Below are positions 1-8,396 of a stretch of 32,000 nucleotides of DNA, piece after piece. The stretch comes from Thaumarchaeota archaeon CSP1-1. Lineage in GTDB: Archaea; Thermoproteota; Nitrososphaeria; Nitrososphaerales; Nitrosopumilaceae. The notes below the pieces were generated by a model that had not been told where the DNA came from, did not search any database, and saw nothing but the letters and a program-made list of their open reading frames with translations. Each line of letters begins with the position of its first letter. Within the stretch, counting starts at the first letter, position 1. The DNA lies in assembly GCA_001443365.1 (NCBI GenBank), contig LDXL01000005.1, positions 28,072-60,071 of the forward strand, given 5' to 3'. A program made the translations under genes and the position numbers.

Positions 1-494
1 ATTACTCCATTGAACCATGTTATACTTTTAACTTCAGGAGATAGAGGCTTTACATCATATGACTTTAAGATATCTATTGAATGAGAATTAGTTGCAACAC
101 CGTAAACTAAAGTTCCTTTTCCACTTTCGCTTGGTAAGTATCCTCCTGCAGAAATAAGCATCTTTATGTTTCCCATCTTACTAACAATATCAAGAATCGT
201 GTTTACAATTTCAAAAACCGTTCTAGGTTCTTGTGGTTGATTTTCACCAGTAAAAATGACAATACAATTTTTCTCATCAACTGTTAAAGTATATTCATCC
301 TGTGGGAGTTCAACCAAACCATCCTTGAGGTTTACCCATGGTTTATCTGCTAAAATTATTTGAGCAGATTTTTTAGTTTCTAACTTTTTTGTTAGGTGCT
401 GTGTAACTAAACCACCTACCTTACCCATATCTGGTAATGAACTAATTAGAATAATGTCTTTGAGCTTAAAATCTTGAATTTTATTTACTTTCAT
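1..494 (-). CDS. PAC2-family (proteasome assembly chaperone-like) protein, C-terminus cut by window edge
   Basis: Absent from the ORF track because it runs off the window. My reverse-strand translation from the ATG (complement of 492-494) reads MKVNKIQDFKLKDIILISSLPDMGKVGGLVTQHLTKKLETKKSAQIILADKPWVNL...FTGENQPQEPRTVFEIVNTILDIV... with no stop down to position 1. The LPDMGKVGG motif and overall layout resemble archaeal PAC2/PbaA-type proteins. Confidence 0.55.
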   Translation of the reverse strand, partial: MKVNKIQDFKLKDIILISSLPDMGKVGGLVTQHLTKKLETKKSAQIILADKPWVNLKDGLVELPQDEYTLTVDEKNCIVIFTGENQPQEPRTVFEIVNTILDIVSKMGNIKMLISAGGYLPSESGKGTLVYGVATNSHSIDILKSYDVKPLSPEVKSITWFNGV

Positions 495-572
495 AATTAA
501 TCCAGTTTTTTATACTATATCGACTTTACTTTTAATTCTAATTATTCTAATAATGTTTTGATTTTAAAAAAA

Positions 573-1133
573 TTACTCATAAATCATGAGTTTTTTTTCT
601 TCGAGCAAGGCATGTAGATTATTTACTGACCTGTAAACATCAGCTTCTTTTTTTGCTCCTGTACATACTAATTTTCCTGATGAGAAAAGAAGAATTACAG
701 TTTTAGGATCAAGCATTCTATGAATCAAGCCAGGAAATTGTTCAGGCTCATACATGCTCCTTGGTAAAGTTCTAGCAGCTTGCTCCAAGTGAATCCTTCC
801 ACCAAGATTTATCGATGCAACTATATTTTGGATTTGAACTTCTGCCTCTTTTTTTACTTTAATTCCCCCCTTTCGTAATCGTTGAACTACAGTTTTTACT
901 GCCTTTCTTGACATTTCTTCTGATTTTGCCCCAGTACAAACCATCTTGCCAGATGTAAAAATAAGTGTAGCAGTCTTTGGAACCTTTAATCTAAAAACTA
1001 ATCCTGGAAATTGATCTGGATGATATTCAACATCAGGAAAATTTCTAGTAATTTCATTTAGGTCCATCTTTTGATCTACAGAAGCAGATGCTACCACATT
1101 TTCAATACTTACAATGGGTTTTGTTTGAGGCAT
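573..1133 (-). CDS. tbp: TATA-box binding protein
   Basis: 186 aa with the two direct TBP repeats clearly visible (ENVVASASVDQKMDLNEI...FPGLVFRLKVPKTATLIFTSGKMVCTGAKS and QNIVASINLGGRIHLEQA...FPGLIHRMLDPKTVILLFSSGKLVCTGAKK). Confidence 0.95.
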   Translation of the reverse strand: MPQTKPIVSIENVVASASVDQKMDLNEITRNFPDVEYHPDQFPGLVFRLKVPKTATLIFTSGKMVCTGAKSEEMSRKAVKTVVQRLRKGGIKVKKEAEVQIQNIVASINLGGRIHLEQAARTLPRSMYEPEQFPGLIHRMLDPKTVILLFSSGKLVCTGAKKEADVYRSVNNLHALLEEKKLMIYE

Positions 1134-1275
1134 GTTACAGGATTTTTATCACAACTATAATAAAAGCAATCACTAATTCTTTACCTTGCAATACATTATT
1201 TTTGAAATTCCTATAGGATTTGCTTGAATTTTAGTAACGAATGATTTAATTGAGAAAAGCAGATCGCTGTGATTA

Positions 1276-2397
1276 TTGAATTTTACTAATTTTAATCTCG
1301 AAGAATTTATGGGATTTGGAGATGATACTAATCCCGTTTTATGGTTGATATGGATAATACCAATTATTATCTTTGTATTTTATGGTCAACGAATTCAGCT
1401 TCAGATAACATCAAGTGAAATCAAAAAAAACATTACTAAACTTCAACAATTCAAAGAAAATTCAAGAAAAGAATTAATCAATTACATTAAAAATAATTTA
1501 AATCCACCAAAAGATCCCACCCCTAAACTTGACAGATTCATTGATTATTTTACAATAATGCCAGTCGACATGGATCCAGGTGGAATAATTCCCAAAGTTA
1601 GGCATGTAGTTCGTTCCAGAGAAGACAATACTAGAGCACAAATCAAGTCTCTGTTTTCTGAGATTTCTGAATTGGAAAGAACCAAAGTGCAAACCTTACT
1701 AGAAATAGTTACTTCACTTCAATTACTCTACAAAATTGTTAACCATCTATATCTGACAGCCAAAAAACAGAATAATTACCCACTTATTTTACCCCTTCAA
1801 ATGATGTTGCCTTTTATCATGGAGGAAGCCAATGCATTAAACGAAGCCGTACCAGCATTAAAACAAGGCCAACCTATCGGTGATGGTATCGGACCCATGG
1901 TTGTTGGCAAAATGATGCTTGGCACAAAAAAGCAAAAAGCATCATTTGAAACGGTTTGGAGTGAAACAAAGTATGAGGGAAGAAAACTTTTTTTGATAAA
2001 GGCTGAAGGCCCATCAGCAACTATAGGTAGGCCAGGAGAAGCAATTGATACAATCGTATCTCAAAACAAACCAGATCTAATAATCATGGTGGATGCCTCA
2101 TTGAAGCTAGAAGGTGAAGACTCTGCATCAGTATCACAAGGATTCGGCGCAGCAATTGGTGGAATTGGTACTGATAGATTTCAAATAGAAGAGATAGCCA
2201 CAAGACACAACATCCCAGTTTTTGCAATTGTAATAAAGCAATCTGTTAAAGAAGCAATCAATCTAATGACAAAAGAAATAGCTGACAGAGCAGAAGAAGT
2301 TAGAACTCAGATTTATGAAATGATCAATGATAATACAAGTACTGGACACACAGTTCTTGTTGTTGGAGTTGGAAATACACTAGGAGTATCCCAATAA
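1276..2397 (+). CDS. Conserved archaeal membrane-anchored protein, DUF1512-like
   Basis: 373 aa with one N-terminal TM segment (VLWLIWIIPIIIFVFYG) followed by a soluble domain. Length and architecture match my recollection of the archaeal DUF1512 family. The track start is TTG at 1276; the first ATG is at 1309. Confidence 0.55.
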   Translation: MNFTNFNLEEFMGFGDDTNPVLWLIWIIPIIIFVFYGQRIQLQITSSEIKKNITKLQQFKENSRKELINYIKNNLNPPKDPTPKLDRFIDYFTIMPVDMDPGGIIPKVRHVVRSREDNTRAQIKSLFSEISELERTKVQTLLEIVTSLQLLYKIVNHLYLTAKKQNNYPLILPLQMMLPFIMEEANALNEAVPALKQGQPIGDGIGPMVVGKMMLGTKKQKASFETVWSETKYEGRKLFLIKAEGPSATIGRPGEAIDTIVSQNKPDLIIMVDASLKLEGEDSASVSQGFGAAIGGIGTDRFQIEEIATRHNIPVFAIVIKQSVKEAINLMTKEIADRAEEVRTQIYEMINDNTSTGHTVLVVGVGNTLGVSQ

Positions 2398-2579
2398 TGT
2401 TTTCAAAAAAAGAAGAAAAAAGGGCTCCCTGTACAGTTGAGCAGTGTGAATCTTGTAAGAAGGAGACAAAAAGAAAATTCATAGAGGGAGACTATATTTT
2501 CAAAGAAACTTCACCATGTGTATCTTGTAAAGGCCAATTAAGAATAACAAAAATTTTTGGTGAAATTATTAAAACGTAG
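2397..2579 (+). CDS. Small zinc-ribbon protein (60 aa)
   Basis: Cys pattern C-x4-C-x2-C ... C-x2-C (CTVEQCESC ... CVSC). Its ATG shares one nucleotide with the TAA stop of the upstream gene (caATAATGttt), indicating translational coupling. Confidence 0.55.
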   Translation: MFSKKEEKRAPCTVEQCESCKKETKRKFIEGDYIFKETSPCVSCKGQLRITKIFGEIIKT

Positions 2580-3462
2580 TAGTGACTGTCACCCCAGTCT
2601 CAGTGGGTATGAATGTGTGCTCTGCTTGGGAGACTCTCTGACCGTTTGCTTCTACTAAAATAGGATATGCATGTACAACTTTCTTTTTTATTAATATCTC
2701 CAAAAGTTCTCTTGCTTTTTTCTCCTCCCAATCTTTGACTAACCACCTTAATGCAAATGGTAACATATTGAAATTTGTCCAAATGTATTCTTGGAGTTTA
2801 TCCGCCTCATCATTTTTTGTTCGTTTTCTTGAGCCTAATGCAAAAATGTTCTTAATTTTGCCCTCCCGTACAAAGCCCATGCCCTTCTCTGTTGTTACAA
2901 AGGGCTCACATGCATATGCCACATCCCCCTTAAATGAAAATGATCCTATCGACCAAATATTTGGAATTGATTTTCCAGCATGAATAGTATACTGTGCCAG
3001 TGAATGCCCACTTAGATTTGCAATTGGTTTGAAACCAAGTTGCTTGACTGTCTTTTCAATGGTTCTTCCAACATCGCTTGATTTGACACCAATTTTTATT
3101 ATAGAAATCGCATTTTGTAATGCATCCTCTGCTGCCTGTATAAGGCTATCATATTGAGGATCGTAACAAACTGTAACTGCTGTATCTGCAATGTATCCAT
3201 TTATCTGAGCACCAAGATCAATTTTTATCAAATCAGTATCTGTAACAGTTTTTTGATCATTGGGTTCTGCTGTATAATGTGCTGCAACCTCGTTTAAGCT
3301 TGTATTTACAGGAAAAGCAAGTTTAGCTCCTCGCTTTAAAATTTCGTTCTCAACTTCTTCACAAATATCTTCAAGTGTTATACCAATCCAGTTTTTCTTC
3401 CTAACATTTTCCCTGACCTCGGCTGCAATTTTTCCAGCTTTGATATAATCTTCTACCTGCAT
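2569..3462 (-). CDS. map: Methionine aminopeptidase, type 2 (archaeal)
   Basis: 297 aa. The start MQVEDYIKAGKIAAEVRE, the segment AFPVNTSLNEVAAHYT, the motifs DLGAQINGYIADTA and SGHSL, and the helical insert typical of archaeal/eukaryotic MetAP2 are all present. Confidence 0.9.
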   Translation of the reverse strand: MQVEDYIKAGKIAAEVRENVRKKNWIGITLEDICEEVENEILKRGAKLAFPVNTSLNEVAAHYTAEPNDQKTVTDTDLIKIDLGAQINGYIADTAVTVCYDPQYDSLIQAAEDALQNAISIIKIGVKSSDVGRTIEKTVKQLGFKPIANLSGHSLAQYTIHAGKSIPNIWSIGSFSFKGDVAYACEPFVTTEKGMGFVREGKIKNIFALGSRKRTKNDEADKLQEYIWTNFNMLPFALRWLVKDWEEKKARELLEILIKKKVVHAYPILVEANGQRVSQAEHTFIPTETGVTVTTTF

Positions 3463-3510
3463 CGGTTTTGGTGTTTTATTTGTTATTTAAAATCGTATCA
3501 TCTGTGAAGC

Positions 3511-3517
3511 TTAAATT
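3511..3517 (+). promoter_or_regulatory. Putative TATA-like box for tRNA-Pro
   Basis: aagcTTAAATTggg is centred about 27 nt upstream of tRNA position 1. A similar cTTAAAAT box sits at the same distance upstream of the RNase P RNA. Confidence 0.3.
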
Positions 3518-3540
3518 GGGGAGACCTAGTGAAATTCGAA

Positions 3541-3614
3541 GGGATTGTGGTCTAGCTTGGTATGATTCGGGTTTTGGGTACCTGAGGTCGCAGGTTCAAA
3601 TCCTGTCAATCCCA
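3541..3614 (+). tRNA. tRNA-Pro (anticodon UGG), no intron, CCA not encoded
   Basis: Folded by hand. Acceptor stem is GGGATTG/CAATCCC, anticodon stem is CGGGT/ACCTG, the loop is TT-TGG-GT with U33 and G37, and the T arm is GCAGG-TTCAAAT-CCTGT. It is a G+C-rich island in AT-rich DNA. The 60-aa track ORF 3468-3650 is spurious. Confidence 0.93.
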
Positions 3615-3615
3615 C

Positions 3616-3624
3616 TTTTATTTT
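3616..3624 (+). terminator. Oligo-T tract downstream of tRNA-Pro
   Basis: TTTTATTTT begins 2 nt after the tRNA 3' end. Archaeal RNA polymerase terminates at oligo-T tracts. Confidence 0.4.
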
Positions 3625-3750
3625 CTAGATCTTTATTAGTAATAAAATAATTTCCAAAAAATATAGGAGAATTCATATCTTTCTTTGATTTATTATTATT
3701 GCCAGACAATGAAGAAGAGTTAGAGTAATGATTTAAGATGATGGAACACT

Positions 3751-4059
3751 TTGTCTCACGAGCTGAGTTCTGGCATACGTTTTTATCAAATTCTAAATAA
3801 TTTCATGCAATTGGGTTTTGAAAAACGTGACATCATTTTGATTGCAGGAGTGTTGTTTTTTATGGTAGGGTTACTCGGTGTCGGCCTCAATCCTGTAGAG
3901 GCAATTGGAATATCAATCGCAATTTATTTTGGAATAAAGATATTTGTTGGTAGAAGAAAAAAATTCTTAGATCAAAAAATTGGTGAAGGCTTCTGTGCAG
4001 AATGCGGAGAAAAAATCATCGGTAAAAAATGTCCTAACTGCGATATACCTAAAAAATAA
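3751..4059 (+). CDS. Small membrane protein with C-terminal zinc ribbon
   Basis: Two hydrophobic segments (IILIAGVLFFMVGLLGVGL and AIGISIAIYFGIKIFVG) are followed by CAECGEKIIGKKCPNC. The track start is TTG at 3751; ATG at 3805 (MQLGFEKRD...) is more likely. Confidence 0.5.
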   Translation: MSHELSSGIRFYQILNNFMQLGFEKRDIILIAGVLFFMVGLLGVGLNPVEAIGISIAIYFGIKIFVGRRKKFLDQKIGEGFCAECGEKIIGKKCPNCDIPKK

Positions 4060-4222
4060 CCTATAGAACTTAGAATAAATTCTTCGTCGACCTTATAACA
4101 GATAGGAGTCCAAATACATGAATGGCCTCACAGGTATATTGTACTTTTACAACTAGCTCAACTTTTACTCAATTCTTACCTAAAATTGCATTTTTAGCGA
4201 GAAGCATTTAGCGAGTGATTAA

Positions 4223-7200
4223 ATGAGATCTACATTAGTTATTGGAATCTTTGGATTTTTTCTATTAGGCAGCTCTATATTTCCCGCCATGGGACAAACT
4301 CCGTCTTTTGCAGATCATGTTGTAATAAACGAAATTGACATAAATCCTCCAGGGGACGATTCAAAATCTGTATCAGAATGGGTTGAGTTGTATAATCCAA
4401 CTGATACCGCAGTTGATATCGGTGGATGGGTTATTGCCTCGACAACTGTTTTAAAAAAGACTATGAAAATTCCTGTAGGAACAATTATTGAGCCAAATAA
4501 ATTTTTGACTTATTCATACCAAAGTGTTTGGTTTACAGATGTTTCTGAAACAGTACAATTACGGAATGCTGATGGAGGTGTCATAGATCAGACTCCAAGT
4601 TTTTCTGATATAAAAAATGATTTTACTTCCTGGCAGAGAATATACGATGGGGTAGATACAGATTCCTCAAGTGACTGGAAATTTGAATTTTCAAATGCCG
4701 GTTCTACCAATGGTAAATTCACAACAGAAACCGAAACAGGTAAACCAACTATTTTGATTTCTACTGATAAAAGTAATTATAATTTCCAAGAAACTGCCAT
4801 AATTAGTGGCCAAGTCTCAGAAAAACTATTTGTTGAGAAACCTTTTTTCCAAACTGCACAAATTATGATAAAAATTTATGGTTCTAACGGATATGAAAAA
4901 AATATCAGCCTATTTCCTGATCTCAATTTAAAATATCAAACTACTCTTAGTCTACAAAAAGTCCTTGGAATCACTGGAGGAGTTTATTATGTAGTAGTTG
5001 AATATGGTGATGCAATAGCATCAACACAATTTACAGTTGGTAATGAAATTATTTTAATTGAAGAGAGAGAAGAAAGCCAACTAAGTATCACCACTGATAA
5101 AGAATCATACATTCCAGGTGAAACTGCAACAATTATTGCTAATACAAATAACATAGTGCCTTTTGAGGGTCTAAAGTTCAAAGTAACAAATCCTGCTGGG
5201 AAGCAAATTTTTGATGGTACTCTATATCCTGATACAAAAGGTAAGTTCTCAACTACAATATTCATGACTACTGTCCAACCAGTTTATGGATTTCATAAGA
5301 TAGTTGCAGAATATTCTACATATTCAGCAGTGAGCTCTTTTGAGCTAACAAAAGATGTCAAGGAGAATAAAGTAATTTCTTTGACTACTGATAAAAAGGC
5401 ATATGGGCTTGGAGATACAATAATCATTTCAGGCAGGTTAAACAATATTTGGATTTTCTCATTAGACCTTGAAATTCTTCAGACAGGTTTTGGTTCTCTG
5501 CATACAGATGCTCTCAATAGGCTAAAGATCCAAGATTCTGTAAAGCTTGCAGGCGACAGCACATTCAAATATGAATTTAAAATTCCAAATAATCCTATTA
5601 GATATGGGGATTACAGGGTTACAGTTTCTAAAGAGGTTGGAACAGAATCTGTCGTATTCCATGTTGTAGAAAATCCAGACGAATTTGTTGAATCATTAAA
5701 ACCATTTACTGTTTTCACCGATAAATCAACATATGATATAGGGAATTCTATAATAATTTCTGGAAAAGTAAATAATCCAAAAATTAGTAGTACTTATCAG
5801 ACTCCTATAATTGATATTGTAATAAAAAATTCTGAAGGAAACCAAATCACTTCTTCTGTTTCAAAACCTACTGGATTCAAATCTGCTACAGCTGAATATT
5901 CCCTGAAAGCGATTCCAGATCAAGTAGGAAATTATCAAGTTAAAGATACCATTTACGATGCAATTTATGGCCCTGGTAGATACATAGTTAAAGCATCATA
6001 TGCAGATGGCCTTCTTCAAGACTCAACAACTTTCTCAGTAATCGATCCATTGGATATAGAGGCACCTATCATCACTCTTGACAAAGATGTTTATGGCTTG
6101 GGTGAAGATGTTCACCTCACAGCTTTAGTTCCAGGAGGAGGAGCAGGCAAATCTGACGTGGGAATAATTCTTACAAAACCAGATGGCGATACAAACAAGT
6201 TTGGTACTACCGTTGACAATGGTAAATTTTCATGGACTTGGACTACTCCCCAATCCGAAAAGTCTAACGTAGTACAAAATGAGAGAGTCCGATTTTCAAG
6301 TAACTATGGAGTGTACAAAATCAGTATTTCACAATCTGATACAGCCCCAGTAGTTGTTTTCTTCAAAGTATCTCCTAACCCCGATGAGGATTTTCTTAAT
6401 ATTGAGCCATTGACTGTAACGTCAGAACTTCCAGTTTACAATGTAGCTCAAAATCAAAAACTAACAATATTGGGTACTGCATTAAAGAGAGTACAAGGTA
6501 CTCAAGGCCTTGTTGTACCTGATAGGGTGGATATTGCAATAAAATCTCCTTCAAATAAAATAATTACTGAATCATCTGTATACTTAGACTCTGGAGGAAA
6601 TTTTCAAAGTATTTTTGATATGCCAGTTACCATCTTTAAAGAAGGCATCTACAAGGTAACAGCTGTATACCAAGGAATTAGGGCTGAAAACTTTTTCCAA
6701 GTAGATAATGATTTCATTTTTGGCGGGGATGAAGTGCTCTCGTTGTTGATAGGTACTGACAAAGAAGAATATAATCCAGGTGACATTGCCCATATTACTG
6801 CAAGACCTACAAAATTGATCTTCATAGAAACTGTTGAAGTTGGAATCCCAACAGAAGAGCAAACCAAATTAAACTGCGGTGCATTTGTTTGTGGAATAGG
6901 CGTTCCAATTACAACTCTAAGGCAAGATCCTACTGGAACATTCGTCCATGAATATACATTTCCAACTAATGCTAAACTAGGTACATACATAATCACCTTT
7001 AATACAGAATTTGGAACTTTCACCAAATCTATACAACTAGTCGAAAAGATTCCAGAGCCTGAACCAGAACCTGAATCAAAGATATTTGGTGAAAGAGTAA
7101 TTGAAAAGGTTAACAGAATCACAGAATCTCAAATTCAAATTACAGTAAACAAAAAAATAATTAACGAAAAAGAATTATCCCCGAGAGTTATTCAAGGTTC

Positions 7201-7525
7201 TCTCTTTACTGTCTCCAAGGGAGAAGAATCTAATGTCAACATCAAAGTTAGTATCGAGGATGGAACATGCATAATAGGACAAGATTCTGACTGCATGATT
7301 CAAAAATCAACTAGAGTTCCAGGTGCAATCTACCAGACAATCCAAATTGATGGTATGGATTACAATGTTAGGTATAGTGGACCTGATGTTAGGCTAGAAA
7401 AGTTTACAATTTTACCAGCGGCTTTAGATGCTTCACTTCCGGATTCAACTTGGAATGTAGAAGTACTCAAAGAAGAACAGGTATCAAGACTTTACTACCA
7501 AGTTACTTACGTTGCTTTAGAATAA
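4223..7525 (+). CDS. Large secreted protein: signal peptide + lamin-tail domain (LTD) + seven MG/Ig-like beta-sandwich repeats + PE linker + C-terminal domain
   Basis: 1100 aa. N-terminal signal sequence is MRSTLVIGIFGFFLLGSSIFPAMG. The LTD signature is HVVINEIDINPPGDDSKSVSEWVELYNPTDTAVDIGGWVI. Modules opening with a TDKxxYxxG motif recur. A PEPEPEPE linker lies at nt 7052-7075. There is no C-terminal TM anchor. Confidence 0.8.
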   Translation: MRSTLVIGIFGFFLLGSSIFPAMGQTPSFADHVVINEIDINPPGDDSKSVSEWVELYNPTDTAVDIGGWVIASTTVLKKTMKIPVGTIIEPNKFLTYSYQSVWFTDVSETVQLRNADGGVIDQTPSFSDIKNDFTSWQRIYDGVDTDSSSDWKFEFSNAGSTNGKFTTETETGKPTILISTDKSNYNFQETAIISGQVSEKLFVEKPFFQTAQIMIKIYGSNGYEKNISLFPDLNLKYQTTLSLQKVLGITGGVYYVVVEYGDAIASTQFTVGNEIILIEEREESQLSITTDKESYIPGETATIIANTNNIVPFEGLKFKVTNPAGKQIFDGTLYPDTKGKFSTTIFMTTVQPVYGFHKIVAEYSTYSAVSSFELTKDVKENKVISLTTDKKAYGLGDTIIISGRLNNIWIFSLDLEILQTGFGSLHTDALNRLKIQDSVKLAGDSTFKYEFKIPNNPIRYGDYRVTVSKEVGTESVVFHVVENPDEFVESLKPFTVFTDKSTYDIGNSIIISGKVNNPKISSTYQTPIIDIVIKNSEGNQITSSVSKPTGFKSATAEYSLKAIPDQVGNYQVKDTIYDAIYGPGRYIVKASYADGLLQDSTTFSVIDPLDIEAPIITLDKDVYGLGEDVHLTALVPGGGAGKSDVGIILTKPDGDTNKFGTTVDNGKFSWTWTTPQSEKSNVVQNERVRFSSNYGVYKISISQSDTAPVVVFFKVSPNPDEDFLNIEPLTVTSELPVYNVAQNQKLTILGTALKRVQGTQGLVVPDRVDIAIKSPSNKIITESSVYLDSGGNFQSIFDMPVTIFKEGIYKVTAVYQGIRAENFFQVDNDFIFGGDEVLSLLIGTDKEEYNPGDIAHITARPTKLIFIETVEVGIPTEEQTKLNCGAFVCGIGVPITTLRQDPTGTFVHEYTFPTNAKLGTYIITFNTEFGTFTKSIQLVEKIPEPEPEPESKIFGERVIEKVNRITESQIQITVNKKIINEKELSPRVIQGSLFTVSKGEESNVNIKVSIEDGTCIIGQDSDCMIQKSTRVPGAIYQTIQIDGMDYNVRYSGPDVRLEKFTILPAALDASLPDSTWNVEVLKEEQVSRLYYQVTYVALE
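4745..7042 (+). repeat. Seven divergent tandem protein-level repeats (about 98-120 aa each) inside the LTD protein
   Basis: Module-opening motifs are ISTDKSNYNFQETAIISG (nt 4763), ITTDKESYIPGETATIIA (5093), LTTDKKAYGLGDTIIISG (5387), VFTDKSTYDIGNSIIISG (5717), ITLDKDVYGLGEDVHLTA (6077), a degenerate TSELPVYNVAQNQKLTILG, and IGTDKEEYNPGDIAHITA (6755). The tDKxxYxpGe pattern resembles alpha-2-macroglobulin MG domains. The repeats are not conserved at the DNA level. Confidence 0.6.
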
Positions 7526-7558
7526 ACTCAAATAAGCACATTATTTTAGAATCACATA

Positions 7559-8053
7559 ATGCAAATTCAAGTTGTGATGTTAAAACAAGATGATCCAAAC
7601 AAATGCACTGCAGCTAAGCTTGTAAAATTTGGATTGGCAAAAAATGTAAAAAAAACAACTGAAAAAACTTTAGTTTTAGATCCTTTTGCAAAAAAAACTC
7701 TACTGGCATCAGATAAGAAACTTGTAGGTTCTGTTACTGCAATTGATTGTTCATGGAATCTAGCTGATCAAGCATTTACTACAAAATTTTCTGGAATTCA
7801 TAGAAAGCTTCCTCCTCTTTTTGCCGGCAATCCAGTTAATTATTCTAAGCTTGATAAACTTACAACCGTTGAGGCAATATCAGCTACATTATTTATTTTG
7901 GGTTACAAGGATCTGGGCTTGAAACTACTTGACAAATTCAAATGGGGTCATACCTTTCTAGATCTAAACAAAAATTTGTTAGAAGACTATTCAAAACTAG
8001 AATCAGAAGATGAAATTAGCCCTCTTCTCAAAGAATACAAAATCCCTTTTTAG
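7559..8053 (+). CDS. tsr3: 16S rRNA aminocarboxypropyltransferase Tsr3 (DUF367)
   Basis: 164 aa. KQDDPNKCTAAKLVKFGLA, VLDPFA, AIDCSWN, LPPLFAGNPVNY and KWGHTFLDLNKNLLEDY line up closely with the archaeal Tsr3 proteins I remember. Confidence 0.85.
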   Translation: MQIQVVMLKQDDPNKCTAAKLVKFGLAKNVKKTTEKTLVLDPFAKKTLLASDKKLVGSVTAIDCSWNLADQAFTTKFSGIHRKLPPLFAGNPVNYSKLDKLTTVEAISATLFILGYKDLGLKLLDKFKWGHTFLDLNKNLLEDYSKLESEDEISPLLKEYKIPF

Positions 8054-8145
8054 TCATTATTTCTAACAAATTTAGGAACTAAATGAGAATAATCTGAGTG
8101 AAAATAGGAAATCATAACTAAAAGCTTTGGGTTATTTAATGAATC

Positions 8146-8280
8146 ATGAGTGAAAAGGCAAGACGAATTGAAGAACTACGAATGAAAACAGGTAGGAGTA
8201 AACGTTGTCTTGACTGTAAAAAACATAGATGCATTATTGGCTCTTGTCTTTGTGAATGTCATAAGCTAGTTCCGAAATAG
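8146..8280 (+). CDS. Possible 44-aa Cys-rich microprotein
   Basis: Not in the track because it is under 60 aa. ATG 8146 to TAG 8278-8280 gives MSEKARRIEELRMKTGRSKRCLDCKKHRCIIGSCLCECHKLVPK, with 6 Cys and 2 His in 20 residues. It sits in an otherwise empty 340-nt gap. Confidence 0.35.
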   Translation: MSEKARRIEELRMKTGRSKRCLDCKKHRCIIGSCLCECHKLVPK

Positions 8281-8396
8281 GAAATCTGCATAAAAGATCG
8301 ATCCCAAGTTAATTTTTCATATGAAGACACTAGCTGATCCATGATTATGATCTACCATTAAAGATTTATGCGCGGTTTTTTGTCACACGGATAGGA

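Noticed and set aside
3468-3650. 60-aa track ORF on the + strand
   Set aside because: It is entirely explained by tRNA-Pro (3541-3614) and its flanks. The reading frame runs through the tRNA, and its composition is not coding-like.
3737-3766. GATGATGG followed by CTGA, a possible C/D-box sRNA
   Set aside because: The boxes are only about 20 nt apart. The C box is imperfect, there are no C' or D' boxes, and there is no terminal stem. The region is probably just the 5' leader or promoter region of the 3805 gene.
4188-4215. Direct repeat GCATTT(TT)AGCGAG x2 immediately upstream of the LTD gene ATG
   Set aside because: It is short (12-14 nt), imperfect and single-locus. It could be a regulator site, but nothing else in the window shares it, so I do not call it.
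6649-7122. 157-aa antisense ORF inside the LTD/MG gene. The same applies to 4987-5265, 6584-6862, 9815-10186, 11532-11954, 12903-13181, 22915-23307, 26361-26705 and similar.
   Set aside because: These are shadow ORFs on the opposite strand of, or out of frame with, long and well-supported genes. Their translations are low-complexity or Ser/Leu/Ile-rich with no recognisable motifs.
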